A stretch of 38,807 nucleotides of DNA from Candidatus Bathyarchaeota archaeon (GTDB taxonomy: Archaea > Thermoproteota > Bathyarchaeia > Bathyarchaeales > Bathycorpusculaceae), in contig CAVZKL010000007.1 in the NCBI GenBank assembly GCA_963775895.1, positions 1 to 38,807 on the forward strand, in the 5' to 3' direction. Within the stretch, counting starts at the first letter, position 1. Each line of letters opens with the position of its first letter. The position numbers were made by a program, and so were the translations under genes. The notes beneath the pieces were generated by a model. That model saw only the letters and a program-made list of their open reading frames with translations, ran no database searches and was not told the origin of the DNA. Shown here in pieces: positions 9,743 through 20,432 of the stretch.

Positions 9743-10003
9743 CCTGTTTTAGAGATGCCTCTTCAAAGCTAGTTGTTTGGAACTCAAAAACAGAAAAGGC
9801 TTCTGCCTTCCTCATACTATATTACAGAAAATCAGTTTTGGAAATGAGACTGTATGATTCTTCGAAGTGTGATGCGCGGGCGCTAAAACTACATCGCAAA
9901 CCGAAGATCTGAATGTAATCGTTGAAAACGTCATTATTGAAAAGCCTTTTCAGATACTTGTTCTTAACCTTCTAATGGTTTACTGTTATCAGAGGCGTCA
10001 AGT

Positions 10004-13000
10004 GTGGAGGAGATTCTGCATCAGGCAGAACAGTCAGAGAAGGAATATGATTGGTGTGGAGCTGCCGAATTATATGAGAAAGCGCTGAATCTGCTGTCCC
10101 AAGATGATTTCTCGAAGATGGGAGAAATTCATGAGCGGTTGGGATATGCTTTTTACCGTTTTGCGTTTCAGGCTGAAAGCAAGGACGAGTTTAGAGAAAG
10201 GTTGCGTCAATCAGTTGCTCACTTATGAAAAGGCTATTGAGTTCTATGGAAAACTGAAAGAGTCCGTGAAAACGGCGAGGACATTGCGATGTAACGCTAT
10301 GATTGCTTACATAGGCTATTGGCTTGCGCCAGAAGCGCATGAAAAGAAGCGACTCATTGATGAGTGTTGGAGACTGACTAAGGAGGCGTTGAACGGCTTC
10401 AAGGAAGCTGGGGACACTTTTGAATACGGAAGAACATACAATCAACTCTCCACAAGCGCTGGGTTTAGAAACTACTATGAATGGGATTGCCAACCGCGAG
10501 AAAAAAGAACCCGCGAAGCTGTGGAAGCCGGGGAGGAGGCAGTCACTTCTCTTTCAGCGTTCGGTCGGTCGATAAGAGATTTCTATGAACTCACAAGAGC
10601 CTACGTAAGAAGTGCTACTTATCTGGAAGCTTTGAGCTATTTTATCCCGAACCCTGATGAACAGAAGGGAACCCGCGAAAAAGCGGCAGGCTACTGGTTG
10701 AAGGCCAGGGAGCTTTCTGAAGAGACAGCTTTCCTGGAATTCTTCCACTCATATTGTTTTCAAGTTCAGCTCATAGGCTGGGAACCAGGCACGAACAGCG
10801 CAATCGAGAACCTGAAAAAAGCTTTGGAGTATGGCACCAAAGCAAAGGACAAAATAGTAGTCGGCGGCTCACTGGATTGGTTAGCATATCACACTGTTTG
10901 GAAGGTGTCAGCAACCGAAAATGTTGTTGAAAAGGTGCAGCTTATTGAAGTGGCCCTTAAACACGCAATTGATGCTAAGAATCAGTTTTCTCAAATTGCC
11001 TTCATTACACCACGCGATGGTTTGTTCTGGGTAGAGGCGCCTCAACCTGAATATTATACAAAACTGGCTCATTGTAAAACAGATTTACGAGAAAGACGAG
11101 AACTGCTAGAAAAGGCAGTCAAGGCTGCCTCAACTTATCAGGAGCGAGCTGAAGACTCAGGATACCCAGATATCATACTGCTGGCGCATCACATATCCAG
11201 TTACTCTTTCGTGCACTTAGCCGAAATACAGGCAAATCCCGAAGAGAAAGAAGAATCTCTAGAGAAAGCACTTGAACACAGAAAAATGTCCATCAGTATT
11301 AGCGACAGAATTACTCCGCCCGCAGCACTGTGGAATCGAGGAATGATGATTGCTGGCCTTGCTGACATTAAACTGGCGCTTGCAGACTTGGCCAAAGATC
11401 CGGCAACAAAGAGGAAAATGCTCGAAGAAGTTGTGTCAGACAGGGAAGAATCACTACAACTTTGTCTCAAGGATATGTCAATGTTCGAAAAAAGGGGAGC
11501 TGTTTCGCTGTTTTCTGTTTTGGGGGGGTCACAAATTGAGTTGGGAGACATGTTAATCCGTCTCTACAGATACACTGGCGATAGGGATCAACTGAGGAGG
11601 GCCATAGCTGCATTTCAAGAAGCCACTGAATCATTTAGAAAACTCGATCTGGTAAGCAGTATAGCTGAGTGTGAGTGGAAGACGGCTCAGGCTTATGACT
11701 CTCTGGGTGAACATTTAAAAGCTGCTGAAAGATTCGAGCTGGCGTCAAGTCAATACGTGGGAGCTGCTGGCAAGATCCCTCAGCTCAAGGACTTCTACAC
11801 GAATTACGCATTGTACATGCAAGCCTGGAGCGAGATTGAAAGGGCCAGGCACAATCATGAAAGGCAGGAATATAGTATAGCAAAAGAACACTTCGAGAAA
11901 GCTGCAACCATTCACAAAACGATCAAACAATGGAATTATATGGCGTCAAACTATGCCGCTTGGGCCGAAGTGGAATATGCGGAAGACTTGAGCAGAAAGG
12001 AAAAAAGCGAAGAAGCACTCAACGGGTTCAAGCAAGCGGCCACACTTTTCAACCAAGCTGAAGATTCTTTCCAGTCAGAGCTCATCAAGACTGAGAGCAT
12101 GGACGAAAAGGAGATGATCACGGATATGCTCAGAGCAACCGAACTAAGACATGAGTACTGCGTTGCCAGGGTGGTGCTTGAGCAAGCCAAAATCCTTGAC
12201 AAAAAAGGTGACCACTACTCAAGCTCCGAAAAATACGGCGAGGTGGCCGAGAGCTTGGAAAGAATGATTCCCGGGCTGGAATCCGAACAGGATGAGAAGG
12301 AAATCAACTACCTCCTTCATCTTTCTCGTGCCTGGCAAAAAATGGCGCAAGCCGAAGCCCAAGCATCACCTGCGTTGTATCTGGAAGCATCGCAGCTTTT
12401 TGAAAAGGCCAAGGATTTCAGTCCAAACGAGAAGACAAATCTGCTAACGCTTGGTCACAGTCGATTCTGCAAAGCTCTCGAGGCGGGAGCGAAATTCACA
12501 GATACTCGAGAGGCAGGACTGCATGCCGCGGCTCTGCAACATTTGGAAAGTGCTGCTGACTATTATTTGAAAGCCGGTTTCGATCATGCTTCGGAATACG
12601 CTAAGGCAACTCGGCTACTGTTTGATGCCTACGTACACATGGACAGCGCTGTGAGAGAAGATGACCTTGAGAAAAAGACCAAACTCTACACGATAGTCGA
12701 AAAGCTACTGCAAACGTCAGCTGGTTCGTACACGAAGGCAGAACATCCGGAGAAAAGGGAGCAAGTGCTTAGAATGCTGAAAAGGGTAAGGGAAGAAAAG
12801 CAGTTTGCGGCATCCCTGGCTGAGGTGCTTTACGCTCCTATAATCACTTCCACAACATCATTTGCCAGTCCAACGCCAACTTCGGAAAGAGCAGTGGGCT
12901 TGGAAAAACTTCAGCATGCACAGATACAGGCAAACGTCATATGCAGCCGGAAAGAACTGGCAGTGGGCGACAGCTTCGACCTGGAAATAGAACTCGCTAA

Positions 13001-13310
13001 CGCAGGAAAAGGCACCGCATCAATGATCAAGATTGCGGGCGCTATTCCCGAAAGCTTCAAGATCATAGAAAAACCTGAAACGTGCCGTTTAGAACTCAAT
13101 GACCTGAACTTGAGGGGAAAGCAACTGGATCCGTTGAAGACAGAAGAGGTCAAGCTTGTTCTTAAGCCGATGCGTCAGGGTACATTCTGCATAAAACCAA
13201 CAATATTCTACATTGACGAAGAAGGCAAGAATAGGTCACATGAACCTGAGCCGATAGCTGTCACAGTCAGAGAACTTGGAATCAAAGGCTGGCTCAAAGG
13301 AGAAAGATGA
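10004..13310 (+). CDS. Large (about 1100 aa) TPR/alpha-solenoid protein with C-terminal Ig-like (CARDB/DUF11-like) domain (frameshift near 10220)
   Basis: Repeated A..Y.KA helices. C-term VGDSFDLEIELANAGKG..LDPLKTEEVKLVLKP..GTFCIKPTIFY. ORF 10004-10228 supplies the N-terminus. Confidence 0.75.
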
Positions 13311-13408
13311 TCTGCTGGCTGGTTTTGCGGAAATCATGCAACGCGCAACGTCAACTGAAAGCCTTTTAAGCCCAATTTGACCATTATATCGACATCGGAT
13401 GAGCAAAC

Positions 13409-13822
13409 ATGACTGAAACGGTAATTACTACTAGAATAAACGGCATAACATCAGAAGAGGACAAAAACTACTTTTTCAGCAAAGCTGAAATTGATTTCCT
13501 AAGGGGAATGAAAGCTGTGAGTTCAAACTATGAAAGAGTGCTACTGCACAGAATCTTCAGAAAACTTGATTGCTTCAAAGAAGATATTCTACCGATTCTG
13601 GCAAAAAATGAGAGAACAGTGTCTTGGGCAGAACGCATTACGGGAAACTGTAACAAAATTACTAATGACAGTAACAACGTTCACAGTAGAGAAAAACTCG
13701 AAAATAGTTTATTTTCTCAAAACAACGATGAAATGTTGGTGGGCCGGACCGGACTCGAACCGGCGACCTTCTGCACGTCAAGCAGATGTCCTACCGAGCT
13801 AGACTACCGGCCCCTGAGATAG
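13409..13822 (+). CDS. intN: N-terminal part of the split integrase, reading through the att/tRNA antisense
   Basis: Contains LVGRTGLEPATFCTSS, the same att peptide that starts intC, in a compatible frame. Confidence 0.85.
   Translation: MTETVITTRINGITSEEDKNYFFSKAEIDFLRGMKAVSSNYERVLLHRIFRKLDCFKEDILPILAKNERTVSWAERITGNCNKITNDSNNVHSREKLENSLFSQNNDEMLVGRTGLEPATFCTSSRCPTELDYRPLR
13737..13813 (-). tRNA. tRNA-Val(GAC), intronless, CCA encoded
   Basis: GGGCCGGTAGTCTAGCTCGGTAGGACATCTGCTTGACGTGCAGAAGGTCGCCGGTTCGAGTCCGGTCCGGCCCACCA. 7-bp acceptor stem, TCTGC/GCAGA anticodon stem, GTTCGA T-loop. Confidence 0.97.
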
Positions 13823-13838
13823 TCTACTTTCGTTTCCT

Positions 13839-13846
13839 GTATATAG
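13839..13846 (-). promoter_or_regulatory. Probable TATA box of tRNA-Val
   Basis: CTATATAC on the minus strand about 27 nt upstream of the tRNA 5' end. Confidence 0.45.
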
Positions 13847-14018
13847 CCACTTCGTCCTTCTCGCTTCTACTTTTGCGCACACTAATCCATCTAGCGAGCG
13901 CGTGGAGAAAACGTATCTCAGACAAGAGACTATCCATGAGGAAGTTTGCGCTTGAGCTGCAAAGGAAAAGAATTAATTGATGTGCGTCATTTCTTAGAGA
14001 AGTTTGGGGTGTTACGTT

Positions 14019-14240
14019 GTGAAGACGTACTTGACGATATGGTTTAACAGTGAGGGCTCTGGCCCCGTTGAGATTGTTGAAAGACTTCGTTCTTTAGGCT
14101 TTGAACCCTTAAGAGGTTACCACGACCACGTTTACGATTGGAAGAGGAATGTTGACCTCGGGGACATACTTCAGCTCACCGACAAGATTCATCACACGTT
14201 GAAAGGCCTGAACGTTCTTTACAAGATTGAGACAGAGTAG
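14019..14240 (+). CDS. Small conserved archaeal hypothetical protein
   Basis: MKTYLTIWFNSEGSGPVEIVERLRSLGFEPLRGYHD. GGTG RBS before GTG. Confidence 0.7.
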   Translation: MKTYLTIWFNSEGSGPVEIVERLRSLGFEPLRGYHDHVYDWKRNVDLGDILQLTDKIHHTLKGLNVLYKIETE

Positions 14241-14284
14241 GCTAAAAACGGACTCTCAGAACGACTAGCGCACGCGATAGACGC

Positions 14285-14860
14285 TCAACTCTGGGAAGTC
14301 TTCTGCGAACGCGTCTTCCGGCGATACATTAATGGCACAGCCACTAAGGCTGCAGCCGCCATGAGACCCAGGGAATAGAACAGCGGATTATAACTTCGCA
14401 CCCAGTGAGTCACCTGAACATAAACCCACTGAACACGAGTATCATATCCTTTGGACGTAAAAACCACATCCACGTTCGAAACTTGAGACCGGAATTCCTC
14501 ATAGCCGCTCACAACTATTCTGGTCGAGACAAAGATTAACTCGGTTCTCAAAACCTTGCCATCTCTCGTGAGATTCACCTCAAGCCACCCTCCAGTCACG
14601 TTGCCAACTTCAACTTGATACTCAAGTGACTCAAAAACATACAGAGGAGGTGGAAAAACGTATGACCCTCCAGACCCTTCTGAAAAACTCTTAGCAGAAA
14701 TACTCTGATCCTTGGAAACAAACAGGTTCTGCAATGACTTGTTCAACAAGGGGCTTTGCTCATAACTGTAGGCCCATAACCCTCCCCAGAGCCCACCCAC
14801 GACAGCTGCAACAATCAGGACAAGAGCAAGTTCCTGTTTCCAGTTAAGATCAATTCTCAA
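14285..14860 (-). CDS. Membrane protein (N- and C-terminal TM helices, extracellular beta domain)
   Basis: Hydrophobic ends and a basic C-terminal tail. Confidence 0.65.
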   Translation of the reverse strand: MRIDLNWKQELALVLIVAAVVGGLWGGLWAYSYEQSPLLNKSLQNLFVSKDQSISAKSFSEGSGGSYVFPPPLYVFESLEYQVEVGNVTGGWLEVNLTRDGKVLRTELIFVSTRIVVSGYEEFRSQVSNVDVVFTSKGYDTRVQWVYVQVTHWVRSYNPLFYSLGLMAAAALVAVPLMYRRKTRSQKTSQS

Positions 14861-14930
14861 ATTCCATCCCTACGTCCCAACTGTCCCTCACAATGTATCT
14901 TAGAGTTACAAAGAGATTAGTCTTGCGTAC

Positions 14931-15131
14931 TAGCGCGCGCTCTTTCGAAAGTTTCAAGCCGTCCTTTGCAGGCGTCTGATAATCAGAAACGATGAGGTCG
15001 TATTTCTCCGTCCGCAGCTTTGCAATAGCTTCTTCGACAGAAGCAGCCCTGTCAACTTGAGCAGGCGCTTTCATCTCTAGACGCTGTTTGGTAATGTTCA
15101 ACGAGCAAGAACCATCATCAACAAGCAGGAC
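14931..15131 (-). pseudogene. Truncated response-regulator receiver domain
   Basis: VLLVDD..AASVEEAIAKLRTEKYDLIVSDYQTPAKDGLKL. No start codon, and similarity ends at tagcgcgcgc 14931. Confidence 0.75.
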
Positions 15132-15182
15132 TCAATAGGCTTCGGACGCGTTTCCTGATACCCGCTACGGTTTTATGACTAT

Positions 15183-15199
15183 CAAAAAAAAGAGGGAGA
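15183..15199 (-). terminator. Oligo-T archaeal terminator
   Basis: TCTCCCTC followed by T8 on the minus strand directly after the stop at 15200. Confidence 0.5.
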
Positions 15200-15798
15200 T
15201 TAGGCGAAGATCGCCCACATGCGTATCGTCCAACTGCCCGTCGACGCTGAGAGCGCTGAGTCGTTGAACTGAACCGTTACCGCTGAACTGTCATAGTAAC
15301 CAACGGCCGCGGTGAACACGTCTGAATGGCCCACTCAGGGAATTTTCAGTCTCGTTGTAGACAAGGTCAACGGTTTTTCCGCGGAAAGTCAACGTAACCA
15401 TGTCAGGAGTCAACTGGCTAAAAGCGCTATAATTGAACGGTGGCACGATCGGCGTGGAAACGGGGGAACCTGAAACAGACCAGTTGTTTGTCGGCGACGG
15501 CATCAGAGGGTAGACTATCCACGATGCTTGTGAGACGTCAAAAACTATTCTGATAGCATAGGACTCTGACGGGTTCAGGTTCTCCGTCACAACATGGAAC
15601 GTGTACGGGACGCCCGAAAAGACTTCGCTGGGTAAGTCGCCAACCTTGGTGAGTCTTATTGGCGCAATTCAAGTTCGTGTAACTGTCCAACTCGTTGCTC
15701 GCACGCTGCCCAGTAAGAGACGCAACAGCGGCGAAGACCGCTCCGATAAGCGCCAGTGTCGTCAGTGCAGCTACAATGGCTATCCTCTTCTTCCTCAT
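15200..15798 (-). CDS. Secreted beta-rich protein (several frameshifts)
   Basis: Signal MRKKRIAIVAALTTLALIGAVFAA. Continues in the 15291-15590 frame, then DVFTAAVGYY..GSWTIRMWAIFA* ending at 15200, followed by a T-run. Confidence 0.55.
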
Positions 15799-16168
15799 TG
15801 AAATCACCAAACATAAGTTGGCAAGCGGATACTTAATGCCAAGCGTTAGTACACCAAGGACCAAACACTGGTACACGATGACACGCCACAGTCCCTGCTC
15901 TGGAAGGGCCCACCCGCACGCGTGCATATTTGGATCCTAATATTCATGATACATTGAAACGAGGAGGGGGAGGGTACACAATAAGCTTTTTTTCAGCGAA
16001 TAACAACATCGCACGCCCAGTCAGCCAAACCCCAATGCACGCGGTGTTCTGGCACAAGCCCTTCAACCCAACAACCTCTCTCACGTCCGAACAGAGACAA
16101 TTCGTGCATTGCGCAAGTCTTTAATCCACTTCACACAATACTAGACGTCTTCAAGATTGGTGAAACGC

Positions 16169-17471
16169 ATGGAAATAGATCAGATCGCTCTCCCGATAGA
16201 CGAATTCCCCAAAAAATGGTACAACATCGTACCCGACTTGCCCGAGCCGCTTCCACCTCCCAAAGAACCCGAAAGCGGCCCATCACGAATGGAATTCTTG
16301 GCCAAAACGATGATCAAAGAATGCCTCGGACAAGAAATGTCAACCGAACGCTGGATCACCATACCCCAAGAAATACGCGAACTCTACATCCACATGGGCA
16401 GACCACGACCACTGTACCGTGCCAAACGACTCGAAAAACGTCTTGGCACTCAAGAAAGTCAAACTCTACTACAAACGAGAAGACCTGTCACCCACAGGCA
16501 GCCACAAAACCAACACCGCCATCGCACAAGCTTACTACGCTCAGAAAGAAGGCAAAACAAACCTGAGCACCGAAACCGGCGCAGGACAATGGGGAACAGC
16601 ACTCGCCTACGCAGCCTCACTCCTCGAACTCGCATGCACAGTCTTCTGGGTCAGATCAGTCTACGACTGGAAGAGCGAAAGAAAAACTCTGATGAACCTC
16701 CTAGGCGCAAAAGTCTTCGCATCGCCCAGCAAACAAACCAAATTCGGCAAAAACGTGCTGGCAAAACATCCCAAAAGCCCCGGCTCACTCGGCATCGCCA
16801 TATCGGAAGGCCTCGAATACGCCGAAACCCACGACAACACGGTCTACTGCCTCGGCTCAGTCCTAAACCACGTCATGATGCACCAGTCAGTCATAGGCTT
16901 AGAAACCATCAAACAATTCGACATGATAGACGAAAAACCCGACCTCATCGTAGCCTGCCTAGGCGGCGGCTCAAACTTCAGCGGCATCGCCCTCCCCTTC
17001 ATCGGCGAAACGCTCAAACACGGAAGAGAATGCGATTTCCTAGCATCACAATCCATGGCCGCCCCCAACCTCGTGAAAGGCGAGTACAAGTACGATTTCG
17101 GAGACGTAGCCGAACACACACCACTCCTAAAGATGTTCACCCTAGGCCACAAAACCGAAATGAACCCCATCAAAGCAGACGGACTCCGCTACCACGCAGC
17201 CGGCCCCATCGTAAGCCTGCTCAGAAAACACGGCATAGTCAAAGCCGTAGCGTACCCCCAGAACGAAAAATCAATCTTCGAAGCCGCACGACTCTTCTTA
17301 CAGACAGAAGGATGGCTACCCGCACCAGAATCCAGCTACGCAATACGCGCCTCAATCGACGAGGCCCTCAAAACCGAAAAAACAGGCAAAAACAAGACGA
17401 TCTGCATGAACATCAGCGGCCACGGCTGGCTGGACCTCGAGGCTTACAGAGAAAAACTCGAAATCTCATAA
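16169..17471 (+). CDS. trpB: Tryptophan synthase beta chain type 2 (TrpB2; frameshift near 16450)
   Basis: PKKWYNIVPDLPEPLPPP, SPTGSHKTNTAIAQAYY (PLP Lys), TETGAGQWGTALA, GGGSNF, GLRYH, NISGHG. Confidence 0.93.
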
Positions 17472-17483
17472 GCGACTCCACCG

Positions 17484-18170
17484 TCAAAACTTGTGCCCAT
17501 ACTTCCCCGTCAACGGCACAAAAGCCACTCCGCCCAGATTCTCCTCTTTCGTCTTTCCATCACTATTCTTAGTCACTTTGATCAAGCTTTGAAACAGTGA
17601 CAGGCTGCCAACAGGAATCAACATTATCCCACTAAGCTTCAACTGATCAACAAGAGGCTTCGGAATGCTCGGCGCAGCCGCAGTGGCCAGAATCCGATCG
17701 TAAGGAGCCTTCTCAGCATAACCCTCCGAACCATCCGCATGAACAATCGTCACCCTATCACCGTAACCGCAGTTCATAATGTTCTTTCTCGCAAAATCCG
17801 CCAAACCTTGCACAATCTCCACCGTGTACACGTGCCCCCACCCGCTTCGCGGCGCCGTTCTCGGAGCAACCAACTCCGCTATCGTCGCAGCATGCCAGCC
17901 CGAACCCGCCCCCACCTCCAAGATCTTATGACCCACCTCAAGCTGCAAAGCCTCATTCATTATCGAAACCATATGAGGCGCAGAAGCAGTCTGCGAAAAA
18001 CCTATCGGAAGCGGAGTGTCGACAGCACCGTAAGAACGCATGTTTTCAGGAAGAAACTTCTCACGCGGAACCTTACGCACGGCCTCGATGACTCTCGGAG
18101 AATGAAGAATGCCCTCCTTAATCAGGTTCTGAACGAGTCTATCCCACTCGCTAGCTTCCACCGAACGCAC
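17484..18170 (-). CDS. pcm: Protein-L-isoaspartate O-methyltransferase
   Basis: VPREKF, LPIGFSQTASAPHMV, ILEVGAGSGWHAA, APYDRILATAAA, VAFVPL. Confidence 0.93.
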   Translation of the reverse strand: MRSVEASEWDRLVQNLIKEGILHSPRVIEAVRKVPREKFLPENMRSYGAVDTPLPIGFSQTASAPHMVSIMNEALQLEVGHKILEVGAGSGWHAATIAELVAPRTAPRSGWGHVYTVEIVQGLADFARKNIMNCGYGDRVTIVHADGSEGYAEKAPYDRILATAAAPSIPKPLVDQLKLSGIMLIPVGSLSLFQSLIKVTKNSDGKTKEENLGGVAFVPLTGKYGHKF

Positions 18171-18385
18171 CGAACATAAACAACCTGCTTGTCGGTTATT
18201 AACGTATTCGAATCAGATGATCACGCGAGCATCCATCAACCTCAGCCAACCATTTAAGCACTAAAGAATACACCCACAGAAAATGAAAAACAAAAAGCAG
18301 GAAGAGTCTTGAGCAACAAGCACGCGAAGAATTCTCTTGACTAGAGACGCGACAAGCAGCCGAACGCGCGCTCATTCTGTCCTGC

Positions 18386-20215
18386 CTATTTGACCGTCAC
18401 TGACTTAGCTAGGTTTCTCGGTCTATCCGGGTTGTAGCCTCTTTCCACAGCCATGTAATACGCCAACATCTGTAACGGAACAACGAAAGGCACAGGCGAC
18501 AGAACTTCTGGAATATCCTTCGGAACTTCAATGAAGTCGTCCGCCAGCTTCTTGATCTCTTCGTCTCCTTCCTCTATAACAGCGATTACGGAAGCCCCCC
18601 TCGCCTTCATCTCCATTATGTTTCCAATCAGTGTCCTGCGAGTTTCATCCCTTGCACAGATAAACACCACTGGAAAGCCCGGTTCTATGAGACTGATGGG
18701 CCCATGCTTGCTTTCTCCAGCTGGAAAAGCTATAGCCGGGATGTAGGCGATTTCCATAAGCTTAAGCCTTCCCTCATAAGCCGTTGCCGTGTTTATACCC
18801 CGGCCAAGAAAGAAAAACACTTTGGCGTCCTTGTACTTCTTAGCTATCTGCTTCGTTTTTTCTTCCTGTTTCAGAATTGTTTCTTCAACGATGTCTGGCA
18901 GCCTCTTCAGCCGTTCGGCCAAGTAGTCCATTTCATCCTGTGAAACCTTCCCGCGTTTTTTGGCAAGCCTCAAAGCAAGTTGCGCAATCACTGATAGCTG
19001 CGAAGTAAACGTTTTCGTCGCTGCAACACCTATCTCCGGCCCCGATTGCTGTCCAATGTAGACCCTTGAAACTCTCGTCAAAGTTGAACCGATCGCGTTT
19101 GTCAATCCCAAAATTGTAGCCGCTCGCTGACGCGCAGCGTTAACGGAGGCAAGAGTGTCCGCGGTCTCGCCGGATTGACTTACTGCGAGGATCGTGCTGT
19201 CAATATTGACTGATTTTCCACATTGCTCTATGAATTCAGAGGCTATTATCGGATAACTGGGAAGAAAAGCGAGCTTTGAAAACATGTATGACGCCGCCAA
19301 ACATGCATGGTATGATGTTCCGCAGGCCACAAGATAGACATCCTGGGCACGGTCGAGAAAAGTTGACATAAGATCCGCATAATGCTCTTGAACCCTGAGC
19401 GTGTTGCGGAGGCAATCGGGCTGCTCGTGAATTTCTTTTATCATGAAATGCGGGTATCCCTGTTTTACCGCCATCTCAGGACTCCAATCGATGATTTTCG
19501 GTTCTCGCGAAACAATTCGTGAATCCGCAATTTTCCTAATCTCAGTTTTTCCTGACGTGATCGTCACGATTTCGCCATCGTCAACTATCAACGCCTTGTT
19601 CGTCAACGGCAAAAAGGCTGGAATATCAGATGAGAAGAAAATGTTCTTTCCATTGACACCGATAACAAGCGGGCTCTCGTATCGAGCGCAAACTATCTTG
19701 TCAGGCTCCTTCGTCGAGATGACGGCAATGGAATACGATCCTTCTAGCTTCTTTACTGCCTCAAGGACGGCGTCAGTCAAACTGAGCGAAGGATTGCCTT
19801 TGAGGATCTCTTCGATGAGATGAGGCACGACTTCTGTGTCGGTTTTGGATTTGAAAACGTGACCGCGATTTTCAAGATCCGTACGCAGTTCGTCAAAGTT
19901 CTCGATAATTCCGTTGTGCACGACTGCTATTTGTCCGTCGCAGTCGACATGCGGATGGGCATTCACTTCCAAAGGAGCACCGTGAGTCGCCCATCGTGTG
20001 TGTCCTATTCCGATGCTTCCAGGCAGATCATCTAGGTTGCGCAGCCTATGGACATCGTCGATTTTTCCCTGATCCTTCTTTACGTAGAGTATACCCTCAT
20101 GTATAGTGGCTTCACCAACGGAATCGTAGCCTCTATACTCCAGTCTCTTCAGAGCAGCATGTATGACTGGGGCAGCTTTTTCCTCTTCCAGAATACAACC
20201 GAATATTCCGCACAT
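18386..20215 (-). CDS. glmS: Glutamine--fructose-6-phosphate aminotransferase (isomerizing)
   Basis: N-term MCGIFG, LEYRGYDS, GHTRWATHG, SQSGETADT, PRNLAKSVTV. Confidence 0.97.
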   Translation of the reverse strand: MCGIFGCILEEEKAAPVIHAALKRLEYRGYDSVGEATIHEGILYVKKDQGKIDDVHRLRNLDDLPGSIGIGHTRWATHGAPLEVNAHPHVDCDGQIAVVHNGIIENFDELRTDLENRGHVFKSKTDTEVVPHLIEEILKGNPSLSLTDAVLEAVKKLEGSYSIAVISTKEPDKIVCARYESPLVIGVNGKNIFFSSDIPAFLPLTNKALIVDDGEIVTITSGKTEIRKIADSRIVSREPKIIDWSPEMAVKQGYPHFMIKEIHEQPDCLRNTLRVQEHYADLMSTFLDRAQDVYLVACGTSYHACLAASYMFSKLAFLPSYPIIASEFIEQCGKSVNIDSTILAVSQSGETADTLASVNAARQRAATILGLTNAIGSTLTRVSRVYIGQQSGPEIGVAATKTFTSQLSVIAQLALRLAKKRGKVSQDEMDYLAERLKRLPDIVEETILKQEEKTKQIAKKYKDAKVFFFLGRGINTATAYEGRLKLMEIAYIPAIAFPAGESKHGPISLIEPGFPVVFICARDETRRTLIGNIMEMKARGASVIAVIEEGDEEIKKLADDFIEVPKDIPEVLSPVPFVVPLQMLAYYMAVERGYNPDRPRNLAKSVTVK

Positions 20216-20432
20216 TTGAAGGTGCCTCATTCGTTTTTGTGGTTAAGCCATATCCGAACAGGTTTGCGTTAATAAGCATTGTTAATACATAAACCTGAGC
20301 ATTAAAAGAAAATTCTGATCCACTTTTCAAATCGCAACGTTGATCAGGTCGTCAACCTTCATGATTTTCATTGAGTATTAATAAAAAAGTTATAAAGGTT
20401 CTGTCGCCCTACACTTCTGGCGAGGATGAGTC

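Larger units (their letters stand above)
4321..13785. mobile_element. Integrated element (about 9.4 kb) in tRNA-Val(GAC) with split SSV-type integrase
   Basis: 49-bp direct repeats at 4321 and 13736 (offset 9415 bp). The integrase halves face inward from each repeat and join in frame on circularisation. Confidence 0.9.

Noticed and set aside
4321-13785. Complete provirus or conjugative element
   Set aside because: No capsid, packaging ATPase, replication initiator or VirB4-like gene is recognisable.
16450-17572. Arg/Pro-rich C-terminus of the 471-aa ORF
   Set aside because: Off-frame read-through of trpB2 after the frameshift, kept open by the T-poor composition.
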